Below, one piece after another: positions 10,615-18,516 of a stretch of 59,653 nucleotides of DNA (positions are counted from its first letter, which is position 1; the number at the start of each line of letters is the position of its first letter). Below the pieces are notes generated by a model. The model made no database searches. It was not told where the DNA came from and was given only the letters and a program-made list of their open reading frames with translations. The position numbers and the translations under genes were made by a program. Source of the DNA: Candidatus Beckwithbacteria bacterium CG10_big_fil_rev_8_21_14_0_10_34_10. Lineage in GTDB: Bacteria; Patescibacteriota; Microgenomatia; UBA1400. Where the stretch lies: NCBI GenBank assembly GCA_002773945.1, contig PEZT01000012.1, positions 1 to 59,653 on the forward strand. The letters run 5' to 3'.

Positions 10615-12111
10615 CTAATTATTAACTATTTTTTTATAAATTATTGCTTCACCAATTTGATTAACCTTAAAATAATGTAAGGCAAGATGAGTTCTAAGTT
10701 CAGGAAAGTCCTTTTTAGCTGAGTCTAAAAGAACAATAAACTTAGGTTTTTTCTCTTTAATAGCCCCTAGAGTTTCACTGTAACCATTAAAATCATAAAT
10801 ATGGTAATTGACCGTGTATCTGCCTGGAGGCAACCTTTCTGATAAAGCATAAATACAGGCCCCATCTCCCCAAACAAAAAGATTGTCTTGCTTTTGACTT
10901 CTAATTTTTAAATACTTAGCCACCCTATAATCATTTAAAGTTTTTTCTCCAAAAAAGCGGAAAAAATCATCTTTCTGACTAATTTTTAGGCCAAATTTAA
11001 TAAAATTTTTATAATAAGGTAGATTAGGATACCACCAATATTTATAGTTAAAAACTCCAAAAATAGTTAGAAGAAATAAAACAAGGCTTAAAAGGATCTC
11101 TTTTTTGTTTTTATCCTTTAAGACTTGAACTAAAAGTAAAGCTAACCAAGGGGCAATTTCAATTAGATAATGAGGATAGGGTCTTTCTGATAAAAAAACG
11201 CCAAAAAGACCATAAAGAGTCATTAAAAAAAGAAGACAAAAAACAAAGCTTAGTTTTTGTCGCCATCTAAACAGAAAAACAGTTAAAATTAAAATCAGCA
11301 AGGCCCTAATATATAAACCGATATTAGAACCTCCCCAAGAAGATAAATAGCCGATATTTTGAAGGAGGGCCGATCTAAAATACGGAACAAAAGCGCCTTT
11401 AAGAGTGTAATAAAAAATACTTAAGACAATTGGTAAGCTAAAGCCAAAAATGGCCAAATAAAGTGGTTTTTCCTTAAAGCTAGAGAGAATATTTTTTGGC
11501 TTTTTCTTAAGGAAAACAAAAAATCCCAGGATTAAACCAATAAAATCAAAAGCTATAGGAACTTTAAATAAAAAAGCCAGGCTAAAGAAAAAACCGGTTA
11601 AAAACCAATAAATGTTTTTCTTTTTTTCCGGGACTATTTTTTTAACTCTTGTTTTAAAATCAGTGGCTTTCAGGCTAAAATATAGCCCCAAAGAGGCGGG
11701 TAAAACCATAAAAATTTCACCGTTGGCAATCCTGCCTTCGGGAAGGAAGGTGAAAATAAAGAAAAGAAACGCTCCTAAAAGACCAGGCTCTTTTTTTTTA
11801 AATAGTTTTTTTCCTAATTTGTAAATAAGAATTATATTAAGACTATTCCAAATAATTGTAATTAATCTAAGCCAAAAGAGTTTTCCCCCAGCAAGGGCGG
11901 CCATAAAATATAAAAAAGGGGGCTTATTATCGTGAATATCGCGGTAAAAAGAAAATCCCTTATTAAAAGCTTGACCCAGAGTTAAATAAATACACTCATC
12001 GCCATAGGAAACCGGATCAAAAAGAGAGGGAGTTCTCAAAATAAGATTGAGAATAATAATTCCAAGAAGAATTAGTTTAATGTTTCTTATTTTTTTTGCT
12101 GATTGTCTCAC
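10615..12111 (-). CDS. GT-C fold glycosyltransferase (ArnT/PMT_2-like)
   Basis: DECIY acidic loop, DIHDNKPP, multi-TM core, soluble C-terminal domain; GTG start. Confidence 0.75.
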   Translation of the reverse strand: MRQSAKKIRNIKLILLGIIILNLILRTPSLFDPVSYGDECIYLTLGQAFNKGFSFYRDIHDNKPPFLYFMAALAGGKLFWLRLITIIWNSLNIILIYKLGKKLFKKKEPGLLGAFLFFIFTFLPEGRIANGEIFMVLPASLGLYFSLKATDFKTRVKKIVPEKKKNIYWFLTGFFFSLAFLFKVPIAFDFIGLILGFFVFLKKKPKNILSSFKEKPLYLAIFGFSLPIVLSIFYYTLKGAFVPYFRSALLQNIGYLSSWGGSNIGLYIRALLILILTVFLFRWRQKLSFVFCLLFLMTLYGLFGVFLSERPYPHYLIEIAPWLALLLVQVLKDKNKKEILLSLVLFLLTIFGVFNYKYWWYPNLPYYKNFIKFGLKISQKDDFFRFFGEKTLNDYRVAKYLKIRSQKQDNLFVWGDGACIYALSERLPPGRYTVNYHIYDFNGYSETLGAIKEKKPKFIVLLDSAKKDFPELRTHLALHYFKVNQIGEAIIYKKIVNN

Positions 12112-12142
12112 AACAATTATTATATAAGAAAATTAATTTCTT

Positions 12143-13630
12143 TTACACCTTTTCTGTTACCTTATACTCAATGTATTTTCCCAGCATTAATCGAGTGTGA
12201 GCGTCTAAGCCTGGAAGAGCGGAGAAAAAGAAGCCAACTATGGGTAAGAGAAAATACTCAAAAGGAATAATAGCTTTACGCCAAAAAGGTATTTCTTTCA
12301 TTTTTGGTCTTTGTTTAAAGTCAATGTATAAAGCTAGAATAAGAAAGATTAAGGAAAAGCTTAAGATTATTGAAGCTGTTTGGGGCAGTCTTTTACCAAT
12401 AATGGTTCTGGCAAAATCTTCGTTAAGCAAAGGTGGTAAAGTAGCCCCTAAGGTAATCGCAAACCAGTTAACCGGCCATAAGAAATGGTCTTCAATTACT
12501 TTTAGAGCTCTCATTGTTTTTTCCCAAAAAGGCAGTCCAGGAATAGTTAGCCATTTTTTAATAATATAAACATCATCAGAAACACCCCAGGCCCAGCGTT
12601 TTACTTGTTCGTATTGGTTTTTCATGGATTTCCAAAATGAAGATGATAAAGCAGCGTCAGCGTAAACTGGTAAAAATATTGGTTCAACTTCCAGCTTCCC
12701 CTTTAAAGCATAAAAAGCCTTAAAGAAGAGGCGATAGTCTTCGGGAATAACATCAACATCCCAGTAACCAATTTGGTCAACCATTTTTAAGCTGGTGGAA
12801 TAAGTAGAAAAATTAATTAAGCGATCCCGCCGGCTTAAAAGACCTATTTGGACTAAACTACTGGTACTGGAAAAAACTCGAATCGGAGCTGGAGCTTCCC
12901 AGATATTGTTGTAATACATAATCGCTGGCTGAAATATTAAGTTATAACGGTTTGGTTTATCCAGGAATTTGTAAGTTAGACAAGCTAAATGTTTTTCATG
13001 GAGACAGGCATCTGCATCAGCAGAAGTGATTAAAGTAAAATTAATGTCTTTTTTTTGCTTATCAATAATTTCTTTTTTAGCAAATTTGGCTCCATAAGCC
13101 ATGTTAGAGGATTTGCCTTTAACCTCTCCAGGTAGATCAGGGTGAAGAGTGATAAAAAGATTGGCAAAACTTTTACTAAACTCTTTTTTTAAAATATTGG
13201 ATTTTTTCGAAGCTGCCTCACCTTCTCTTTCTTCAAAAGCTAAAACACAAGAAATCTTTCTATTGGGAAAGGTTTGTTTTTTTAAAGCACTCAAAGTTCG
13301 GCGAAGAATATATAAAGGCTCTTTATAAGTAGGAATAATAATAATATGATGAATTTTTTTCCAATCACCAAAACCCTTAACGTCTCTCATCCAATCATAT
13401 TTTTGATAAGCCTTAATTTTAAAAAAAGAGATAAAAGCAAAAATTGTCATTGAGCCTGAGCGATAGAGCCAATAAACATCAAAAGCAAGAATGTAATAGG
13501 CGACTAAAGTAGGGACTAAAAAAGAACCCCAAAAAGGAAAAAGAATTAAAGACCAGGAAACAAAACCAGGAAAGATTTCTAAAAAGCGGTGAACTTTTCG
13601 ATCGTGTTTTTTCAAAAGATTTCTAATCAT
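12143..13630 (-). CDS. Membrane GT2 family glycosyltransferase with processive-type motifs
   Basis: IPTYKE, GKSSN, DAD, PEDY, QVKRW (QxxRW); TM segments at both ends. Confidence 0.8.
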   Translation of the reverse strand: MIRNLLKKHDRKVHRFLEIFPGFVSWSLILFPFWGSFLVPTLVAYYILAFDVYWLYRSGSMTIFAFISFFKIKAYQKYDWMRDVKGFGDWKKIHHIIIIPTYKEPLYILRRTLSALKKQTFPNRKISCVLAFEEREGEAASKKSNILKKEFSKSFANLFITLHPDLPGEVKGKSSNMAYGAKFAKKEIIDKQKKDINFTLITSADADACLHEKHLACLTYKFLDKPNRYNLIFQPAIMYYNNIWEAPAPIRVFSSTSSLVQIGLLSRRDRLINFSTYSTSLKMVDQIGYWDVDVIPEDYRLFFKAFYALKGKLEVEPIFLPVYADAALSSSFWKSMKNQYEQVKRWAWGVSDDVYIIKKWLTIPGLPFWEKTMRALKVIEDHFLWPVNWFAITLGATLPPLLNEDFARTIIGKRLPQTASIILSFSLIFLILALYIDFKQRPKMKEIPFWRKAIIPFEYFLLPIVGFFFSALPGLDAHTRLMLGKYIEYKVTEKV

Positions 13631-14453
13631 GATTTAATTTAAATAATTGAACTGCGTTTTTACTAGTTTGTTGGGCTATTCTTAAAAAAGAATCGCCTTT
13701 TATATTAGCGATCCTTTGAGCTATTATTTTAACATTTTCTGGTGTATTTGGCCATTTTTTTTGGTTTTTAACAGGTCTAGGCATTAAAAAAGGAGAATCT
13801 GTTTCTAAAACTAAATTATTCAAAGAAACCTTTTTACAAACTGACTCGATGTTTTTACTAAAAGTGACAATTCCATTTATGCCAATAAAAAAACCATTTT
13901 TCAAAGCCCAAGCTAATAGTTTAGAACTGCCCTGGAAAGAGTGAAAAACACCTTTTAATCTATTTCCGCTGTCTTTGTTTTTTTTAGAAACAATTTCTAG
14001 AAGATTTAAGGAAGATTCTCGATTATGAATAATTAAAGGCAAGTTTAATTTTAAAGCTAAGTCTATTTGCAAGGAAAAGATTTTCTTTTGGATCTTTTTA
14101 AAACCCATATCAATTTTATATTTTTGGTATTTGGTTTTTTGATAATGATAATAATCAAGGCCACATTCACCAATGGCCACGACTTTTTTATTTTTAGATA
14201 ATTTTTCCAAAGAGGATAGTAGATTTGAAGTTAACAATTTTTTAGTTTCTAAAGCATGATGAGGATGAATACCAACGCTAGCATAAACTTTCCTATATCT
14301 TGAAGCTAGTTCAACTGCTTTCTGGCTGCTTTCTAAATCAGTACCCGGAACAATTATTTTATTAATTCCCGCTTTTTTAGCTTCTTGAATTGTTTTTTTA
14401 ACCATTCCCTTAAAGGTTTTGAAGTTTAAGTGGCAGTGAGTGTCAATAAGCAT
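13623..14453 (-). CDS. tatD: TatD family hydrolase/DNase
   Basis: DTHCH, GIHPH, IGECGLDY, IIHNR, LETDSP. Confidence 0.93.
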   Translation of the reverse strand: MLIDTHCHLNFKTFKGMVKKTIQEAKKAGINKIIVPGTDLESSQKAVELASRYRKVYASVGIHPHHALETKKLLTSNLLSSLEKLSKNKKVVAIGECGLDYYHYQKTKYQKYKIDMGFKKIQKKIFSLQIDLALKLNLPLIIHNRESSLNLLEIVSKKNKDSGNRLKGVFHSFQGSSKLLAWALKNGFFIGINGIVTFSKNIESVCKKVSLNNLVLETDSPFLMPRPVKNQKKWPNTPENVKIIAQRIANIKGDSFLRIAQQTSKNAVQLFKLNHD

Positions 14454-14473
14454 AGGTTTTAAAAAGAAATTTT

Positions 14474-16018
14474 CTAAACTCGTGGGAAAAGAGGTTTAGT
14501 TGGTATTTTTATTTTTGTTCCGGGCTTTATATTAATCCAACTGTTTTTACTATTAGGATTTTTAACTAGTAATTCTTTTATCTGGAGAGTTTTAGCAATT
14601 TTTAAAGATGTGTCTGGTAAAAATGGATAAAGCATCCAGGCTAATTGATGAAGACTATCTAAAAGACCATAAAGAATATAGTTTAATTTGTTTTTGTCTT
14701 TTTTAGCCAGCTCCCAAGGCTTATTTTCGTCAATATATTTATCAGCGGTCGTAATATACTTCCATATAGAAATTAAAGCCTCATTAAATTTATAATTTTT
14801 CAAAGCCTTATCTCTGTTTTTATAAGCATTTTTCCAATTGTAAATTTTAGTGCTTATTCTAAGAGGGTGTTTTTCAGGGTCAGAATCAATTTTTGGTATT
14901 TGGGAATGACAATATTTTTTAACCATGGCTAATATCCGAGAAACTAAATTTCCCAAACCATTAGCTAAATCAGCATTATATACTTCCTCAAAATGTTTAA
15001 TATTAAAATCACCGTCTTTAGTGGGAGGAATTTCTTTTAATAAGTAGTATCTTAAAGCATCAGTTCCATATTTTTTGACTAGTTTTATAGGATTAACAAT
15101 ATTTCCCAGAGATTTAGACATTTTTTGGCCCTCAGAAGTAAGATAGCCATGAACTAATTCTTGACTGGGTAAAGGTAAATTGGCGGAAAGGAGCATGGCT
15201 GGCCAGTAAACAGCGTGAAAACGAATAATGCCCTTGCCAATACAATGAAGAATATTTTTGTTTTTTAGCCAGAATTCTTGAAATAATTCTTTATTATTAG
15301 CATAGCCAAGAGCGGTGATATAGTTAATTAGAGCGTCAAACCAAACATAAATTATCTGCGAAGAATCATTAGGAACAGGAATACCCCAGCCTTTAGCTCT
15401 TTTAATTGAGCGGGAAATTGAAAAATCTTTTAGGCCGCTTTTAATAAAACTCAAAACTTCATTTTTTCTTTCCTGGGGGGTAATTTTTAACCTATCATTT
15501 TTAATTAACTGATAAAGTTTATCTTGATATTGAGAAAGCTTAAAAAAATAGTTTTCTTCTTTAACTAGTTCTAATTTTCTATTGGGATGCTCAGGGCATT
15601 TTCCTTTTTCAAGGTCTTTTTTTGTTTTAAATTCCTCACAGCCGACACAGTACCAACCTTGATAATTTTTTTTATAAATATCTTTTTTGCAAGCGAGCCA
15701 AAGTTTCTGAGCCCCTTTAATATGTCTTTTTTCAGTTGTTCTAATAAAATCATCAAATGCAAGATTAAGAGCTTCTTTTAAGGCCTTGAACTGAATTGCA
15801 TATTTATTAACTAATTTTTCAGTTTTAATTCCTTCTGCTTCTGCGGCTTGGACGTTTTTAAGGGCATTTTCGTCTGTTCCCGTCAAAAAATAAACCTTTT
15901 TTCCTAGAAGTCGGTAGTAACGGGCTATAAGGTCAGCCTGAATAATTTCCAGGGCAAAACCAGCATGAGGACTAGCATTAACATAAGGAATAGCGGTGGT
16001 AATATAAAACTTTTCCAT
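14474..16018 (-). CDS. metG: Methionyl-tRNA synthetase (short form)
   Basis: FYITTAIPYVN, HAGF (HIGH variant), YVWFDAL, KMSKSLGN. Confidence 0.96.
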   Translation of the reverse strand: MEKFYITTAIPYVNASPHAGFALEIIQADLIARYYRLLGKKVYFLTGTDENALKNVQAAEAEGIKTEKLVNKYAIQFKALKEALNLAFDDFIRTTEKRHIKGAQKLWLACKKDIYKKNYQGWYCVGCEEFKTKKDLEKGKCPEHPNRKLELVKEENYFFKLSQYQDKLYQLIKNDRLKITPQERKNEVLSFIKSGLKDFSISRSIKRAKGWGIPVPNDSSQIIYVWFDALINYITALGYANNKELFQEFWLKNKNILHCIGKGIIRFHAVYWPAMLLSANLPLPSQELVHGYLTSEGQKMSKSLGNIVNPIKLVKKYGTDALRYYLLKEIPPTKDGDFNIKHFEEVYNADLANGLGNLVSRILAMVKKYCHSQIPKIDSDPEKHPLRISTKIYNWKNAYKNRDKALKNYKFNEALISIWKYITTADKYIDENKPWELAKKDKNKLNYILYGLLDSLHQLAWMLYPFLPDTSLKIAKTLQIKELLVKNPNSKNSWINIKPGTKIKIPTKPLFPRV

Positions 16019-16075
16019 AACAAGAATATTTTATCTTAGAAAAGTTACTTATAAAAGGGGTATTAAAAAAGCTTT

Positions 16076-16432
16076 TTATTTAAAAAAATTAGTCACTTTT
16101 TTAGCCAGTTTTCCAGCCCATTCTTCAGCTTCAATTCTTCTTAGGGCTAAAATAAAGCCCTCGCTGCTTTTATTCATCATTTTATCAACATTAGCAATCG
16201 TGGCTGAAGAAACCTTTAGAGCTTCTTTTATTTGTTCATAAGAACGTCCTTTTTCTAAGTACATGGCGACGGCTAAGCGCTTTACAAGAACTGATTGTTC
16301 AGTCGGAGTAAAAAAGTCTCTAATAAAAATTTTAACATCTTCTTTTCTTTTTAAATCAGCCAGAGTCTGGAAAAAAATTTCATAAATTTGTTTTTCTACT
16401 TGTTTATTGAGTTTGTTTTTGGAGACCTGCAT
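16076..16432 (-). CDS. TrpR-like YerC/YecD family protein
   Basis: FFTPTEQSVLVKRLAVAMYL...SYEQIKEALKVSSATI HTH pattern. Confidence 0.8.
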   Translation of the reverse strand: MQVSKNKLNKQVEKQIYEIFFQTLADLKRKEDVKIFIRDFFTPTEQSVLVKRLAVAMYLEKGRSYEQIKEALKVSSATIANVDKMMNKSSEGFILALRRIEAEEWAGKLAKKVTNFFK

Positions 16433-16489
16433 GGTTATTTTCCTTTGGGCAGAAGCTGGAATTTAATTAATTGAATCATTAATATCATA

Positions 16490-16825
16490 CTAGGGGTGGT
16501 GTGTAAAGTAGTAGTTAAAAGCAAGTAAAAGGCCCAATATTAGAAAAACATTAAGAACATTACCTAAGCCAAAAAGTCTTAGAATAAAAAAACAAATAAT
16601 ACCTAGGCTAAAAATTAACCCCTTTTTAGTATTTATAAAAATAATAGAGAGGGTAAAAAAAAGAGCCAAAAAAAGACTAACAAAAAAAGGCAGATAAAAA
16701 TTGGGAATTAAGATATCTTTAATGGTTTCTGGATCAAGGAAAAAAACCATTAGAATTAAGGTTGTCCAGAAAAAAAAGATTAGAATTAAAGTGGGAAAAA
16801 AGTTTTTCCGTCTTCTTTTTGGCAT
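16490..16825 (-). CDS. Small multi-pass membrane protein
   Basis: Four hydrophobic segments after a basic N-terminus; -10 element 7 nt before the ATG. Confidence 0.65.
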   Translation of the reverse strand: MPKRRRKNFFPTLILIFFFWTTLILMVFFLDPETIKDILIPNFYLPFFVSLFLALFFTLSIIFINTKKGLIFSLGIICFFILRLFGLGNVLNVFLILGLLLAFNYYFTHHP

Positions 16826-16849
16826 CAGCTTAATTGTATAATAATTGTT
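16826..16849. promoter_or_regulatory. 24-bp bidirectional leaderless promoter
   Basis: Plus strand TG-TATAAT (16837-16842)-N7-ATG 16850; minus strand TACAAT (16838-16833)-N7-ATG 16825. Confidence 0.7.
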
Positions 16850-17887
16850 ATGGCAAGTGAAATCTATCTTTTAGCCGCCTTAATTATTGGAGGCTTGGGT
16901 TTAATAGGTTTTTATATAAACTATAAGCTTAGTAAGTTAAGTAAAAATACTAAAGTAGATGAAAACCTTTTAAAAGTAATTGAAACTTTACAAAAAGGAA
17001 CTTCAGATTTACAGCAGGGGCTTCAGAACCAATCCAAAAGCATTGCTGACACCCTTCATAAATCAACCAAGACTTTAAATGAAAGACTAGATAATGCGGC
17101 TCATTTTATTGCTCAAGTGAGTAAAGAAGTAGGCCAGATGAGTGAAATTGGCCGGTCAATGAAAGACTTACAGGAATTTTTAAAAAGCCCAAAACTTAGA
17201 GGGAATATTGGTGAAGAAGTTCTAAAAGATTTGATTTCCCAGATGTTTCCTAAAAATAGCTTTCATTTACAATACAGTTTTAAAAGCGGAGAAAAAGTTG
17301 ATGCCGCTTTAAAAACTGATGGGGGGATTTTGCCGATTGATTCAAAATTTCCAATGGAAAATTTTCAGCGGTTAGTTAAAGCAGAAACAAAAAGAGACAG
17401 AGATAAGGCCAGAAGAGCCCTTACGATTGATGTTAAAAAACACATCAGAGATATTTCTAAAAAATATATTTTACCCGAAGAAGGAACAATGGATTTTGCT
17501 CTCATGTATGTTCCTTCCGAACCAGTTTATTATGAGGTGGCCAATATTGTTGATTTAACTGAATATGCGAGAAAGCATCGGGTTTATCCGGTTTCACCAA
17601 CCACGCTTTATGCTCATTTACAAATGATTCTTTTATCATTTGAAGGCAAGAAAATTGAAGTTCGATCTCGGGAAGTATTCCGCCTCTTAAGGGCCACCCA
17701 GAAAGATTATGAGAAAACAGAGTCTGTTTTACATGTTTTAGGGAAACATATTAATAATACCTATAATCAATTTTCAAATGCTTTGCAAAGCTTTTCTCTT
17801 TTAGGTCAAAAAATTAATTCTACCCAAACCCTAGCTGACCCGGAAGAAACAGAAGAGATTGAGGCAAATTCTGATGAATCAGAATGA
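16850..17887 (+). CDS. rmuC: DNA recombination protein RmuC
   Basis: N-terminal TM, coiled coil, KLRGNIGE, LPIDSKFP, DFALMYVPSE. Confidence 0.92.
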   Translation: MASEIYLLAALIIGGLGLIGFYINYKLSKLSKNTKVDENLLKVIETLQKGTSDLQQGLQNQSKSIADTLHKSTKTLNERLDNAAHFIAQVSKEVGQMSEIGRSMKDLQEFLKSPKLRGNIGEEVLKDLISQMFPKNSFHLQYSFKSGEKVDAALKTDGGILPIDSKFPMENFQRLVKAETKRDRDKARRALTIDVKKHIRDISKKYILPEEGTMDFALMYVPSEPVYYEVANIVDLTEYARKHRVYPVSPTTLYAHLQMILLSFEGKKIEVRSREVFRLLRATQKDYEKTESVLHVLGKHINNTYNQFSNALQSFSLLGQKINSTQTLADPEETEEIEANSDESE

Positions 17888-18512
17888 AAAGATAGTTTTT
17901 AAAGTTAAAATCTTCGTTAGAAAAAAATTAAAACATAAATCCTCTGGCCATGGTTATTGGCATGCTTATAGAGTGGCTCAAATGGCTATATTTATTGGTC
18001 AAAAGGAAAAAGCTGATCTTAAGGTTTTGGAACTAGCTGGTTTTCTTCATGACATTGGTAATGATAAAGATAATGATCATGAAATAAAAGGAGCAAAAAT
18101 TTCCCAGGGTTTTTTAACTAAGCTTAAAGTCAATGAAAGAATAATAAAACAAGTCACCTATTGTGTTAAAAATCACCGTTTTAGTAAAGGAGTGATTCCT
18201 AAGACTTTGGAAGCAAAAATCATTCAGGATGCAGATAAACTAGATGCTTTGGGGGCAATCGAAATTGTCCGGGTTTTTTCAGTTTCAGCGGCAAAAAAGA
18301 GGAAAACTTATGATCCTAATGTAAAGCCGGATTTTAATTATTATTTAAAACATGGAGTAAGTAGAACTGCTATTAATCATTTTTATGAAAAGCTTTTTAA
18401 ATTGAAAAACCTTATGTATACTAAGACAGCTAAAAAAATAGCCATTAATAGAGAAAAATTCATGAAAGCCTTTTTAAAAAGATTTTTTCAAGAATGGAGT
18501 GGAGAAAAATAA
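17874..18512 (+). CDS. HD-domain phosphohydrolase (start likely ATG 17874)
   Basis: GHGYWHAYRV, LHDIG, HRF, QDADKLDALGA. Confidence 0.85.
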   Translation: MNQNEKIVFKVKIFVRKKLKHKSSGHGYWHAYRVAQMAIFIGQKEKADLKVLELAGFLHDIGNDKDNDHEIKGAKISQGFLTKLKVNERIIKQVTYCVKNHRFSKGVIPKTLEAKIIQDADKLDALGAIEIVRVFSVSAAKKRKTYDPNVKPDFNYYLKHGVSRTAINHFYEKLFKLKNLMYTKTAKKIAINREKFMKAFLKRFFQEWSGEK

Positions 18513-18516
18513 CCAA

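Noticed and set aside
14474-16018. MetRS HIGH motif reading HAGF
   Set aside because: KMSKS and the other motifs are intact; such variation is tolerated in class I synthetases, so it is not evidence of altered function on its own.
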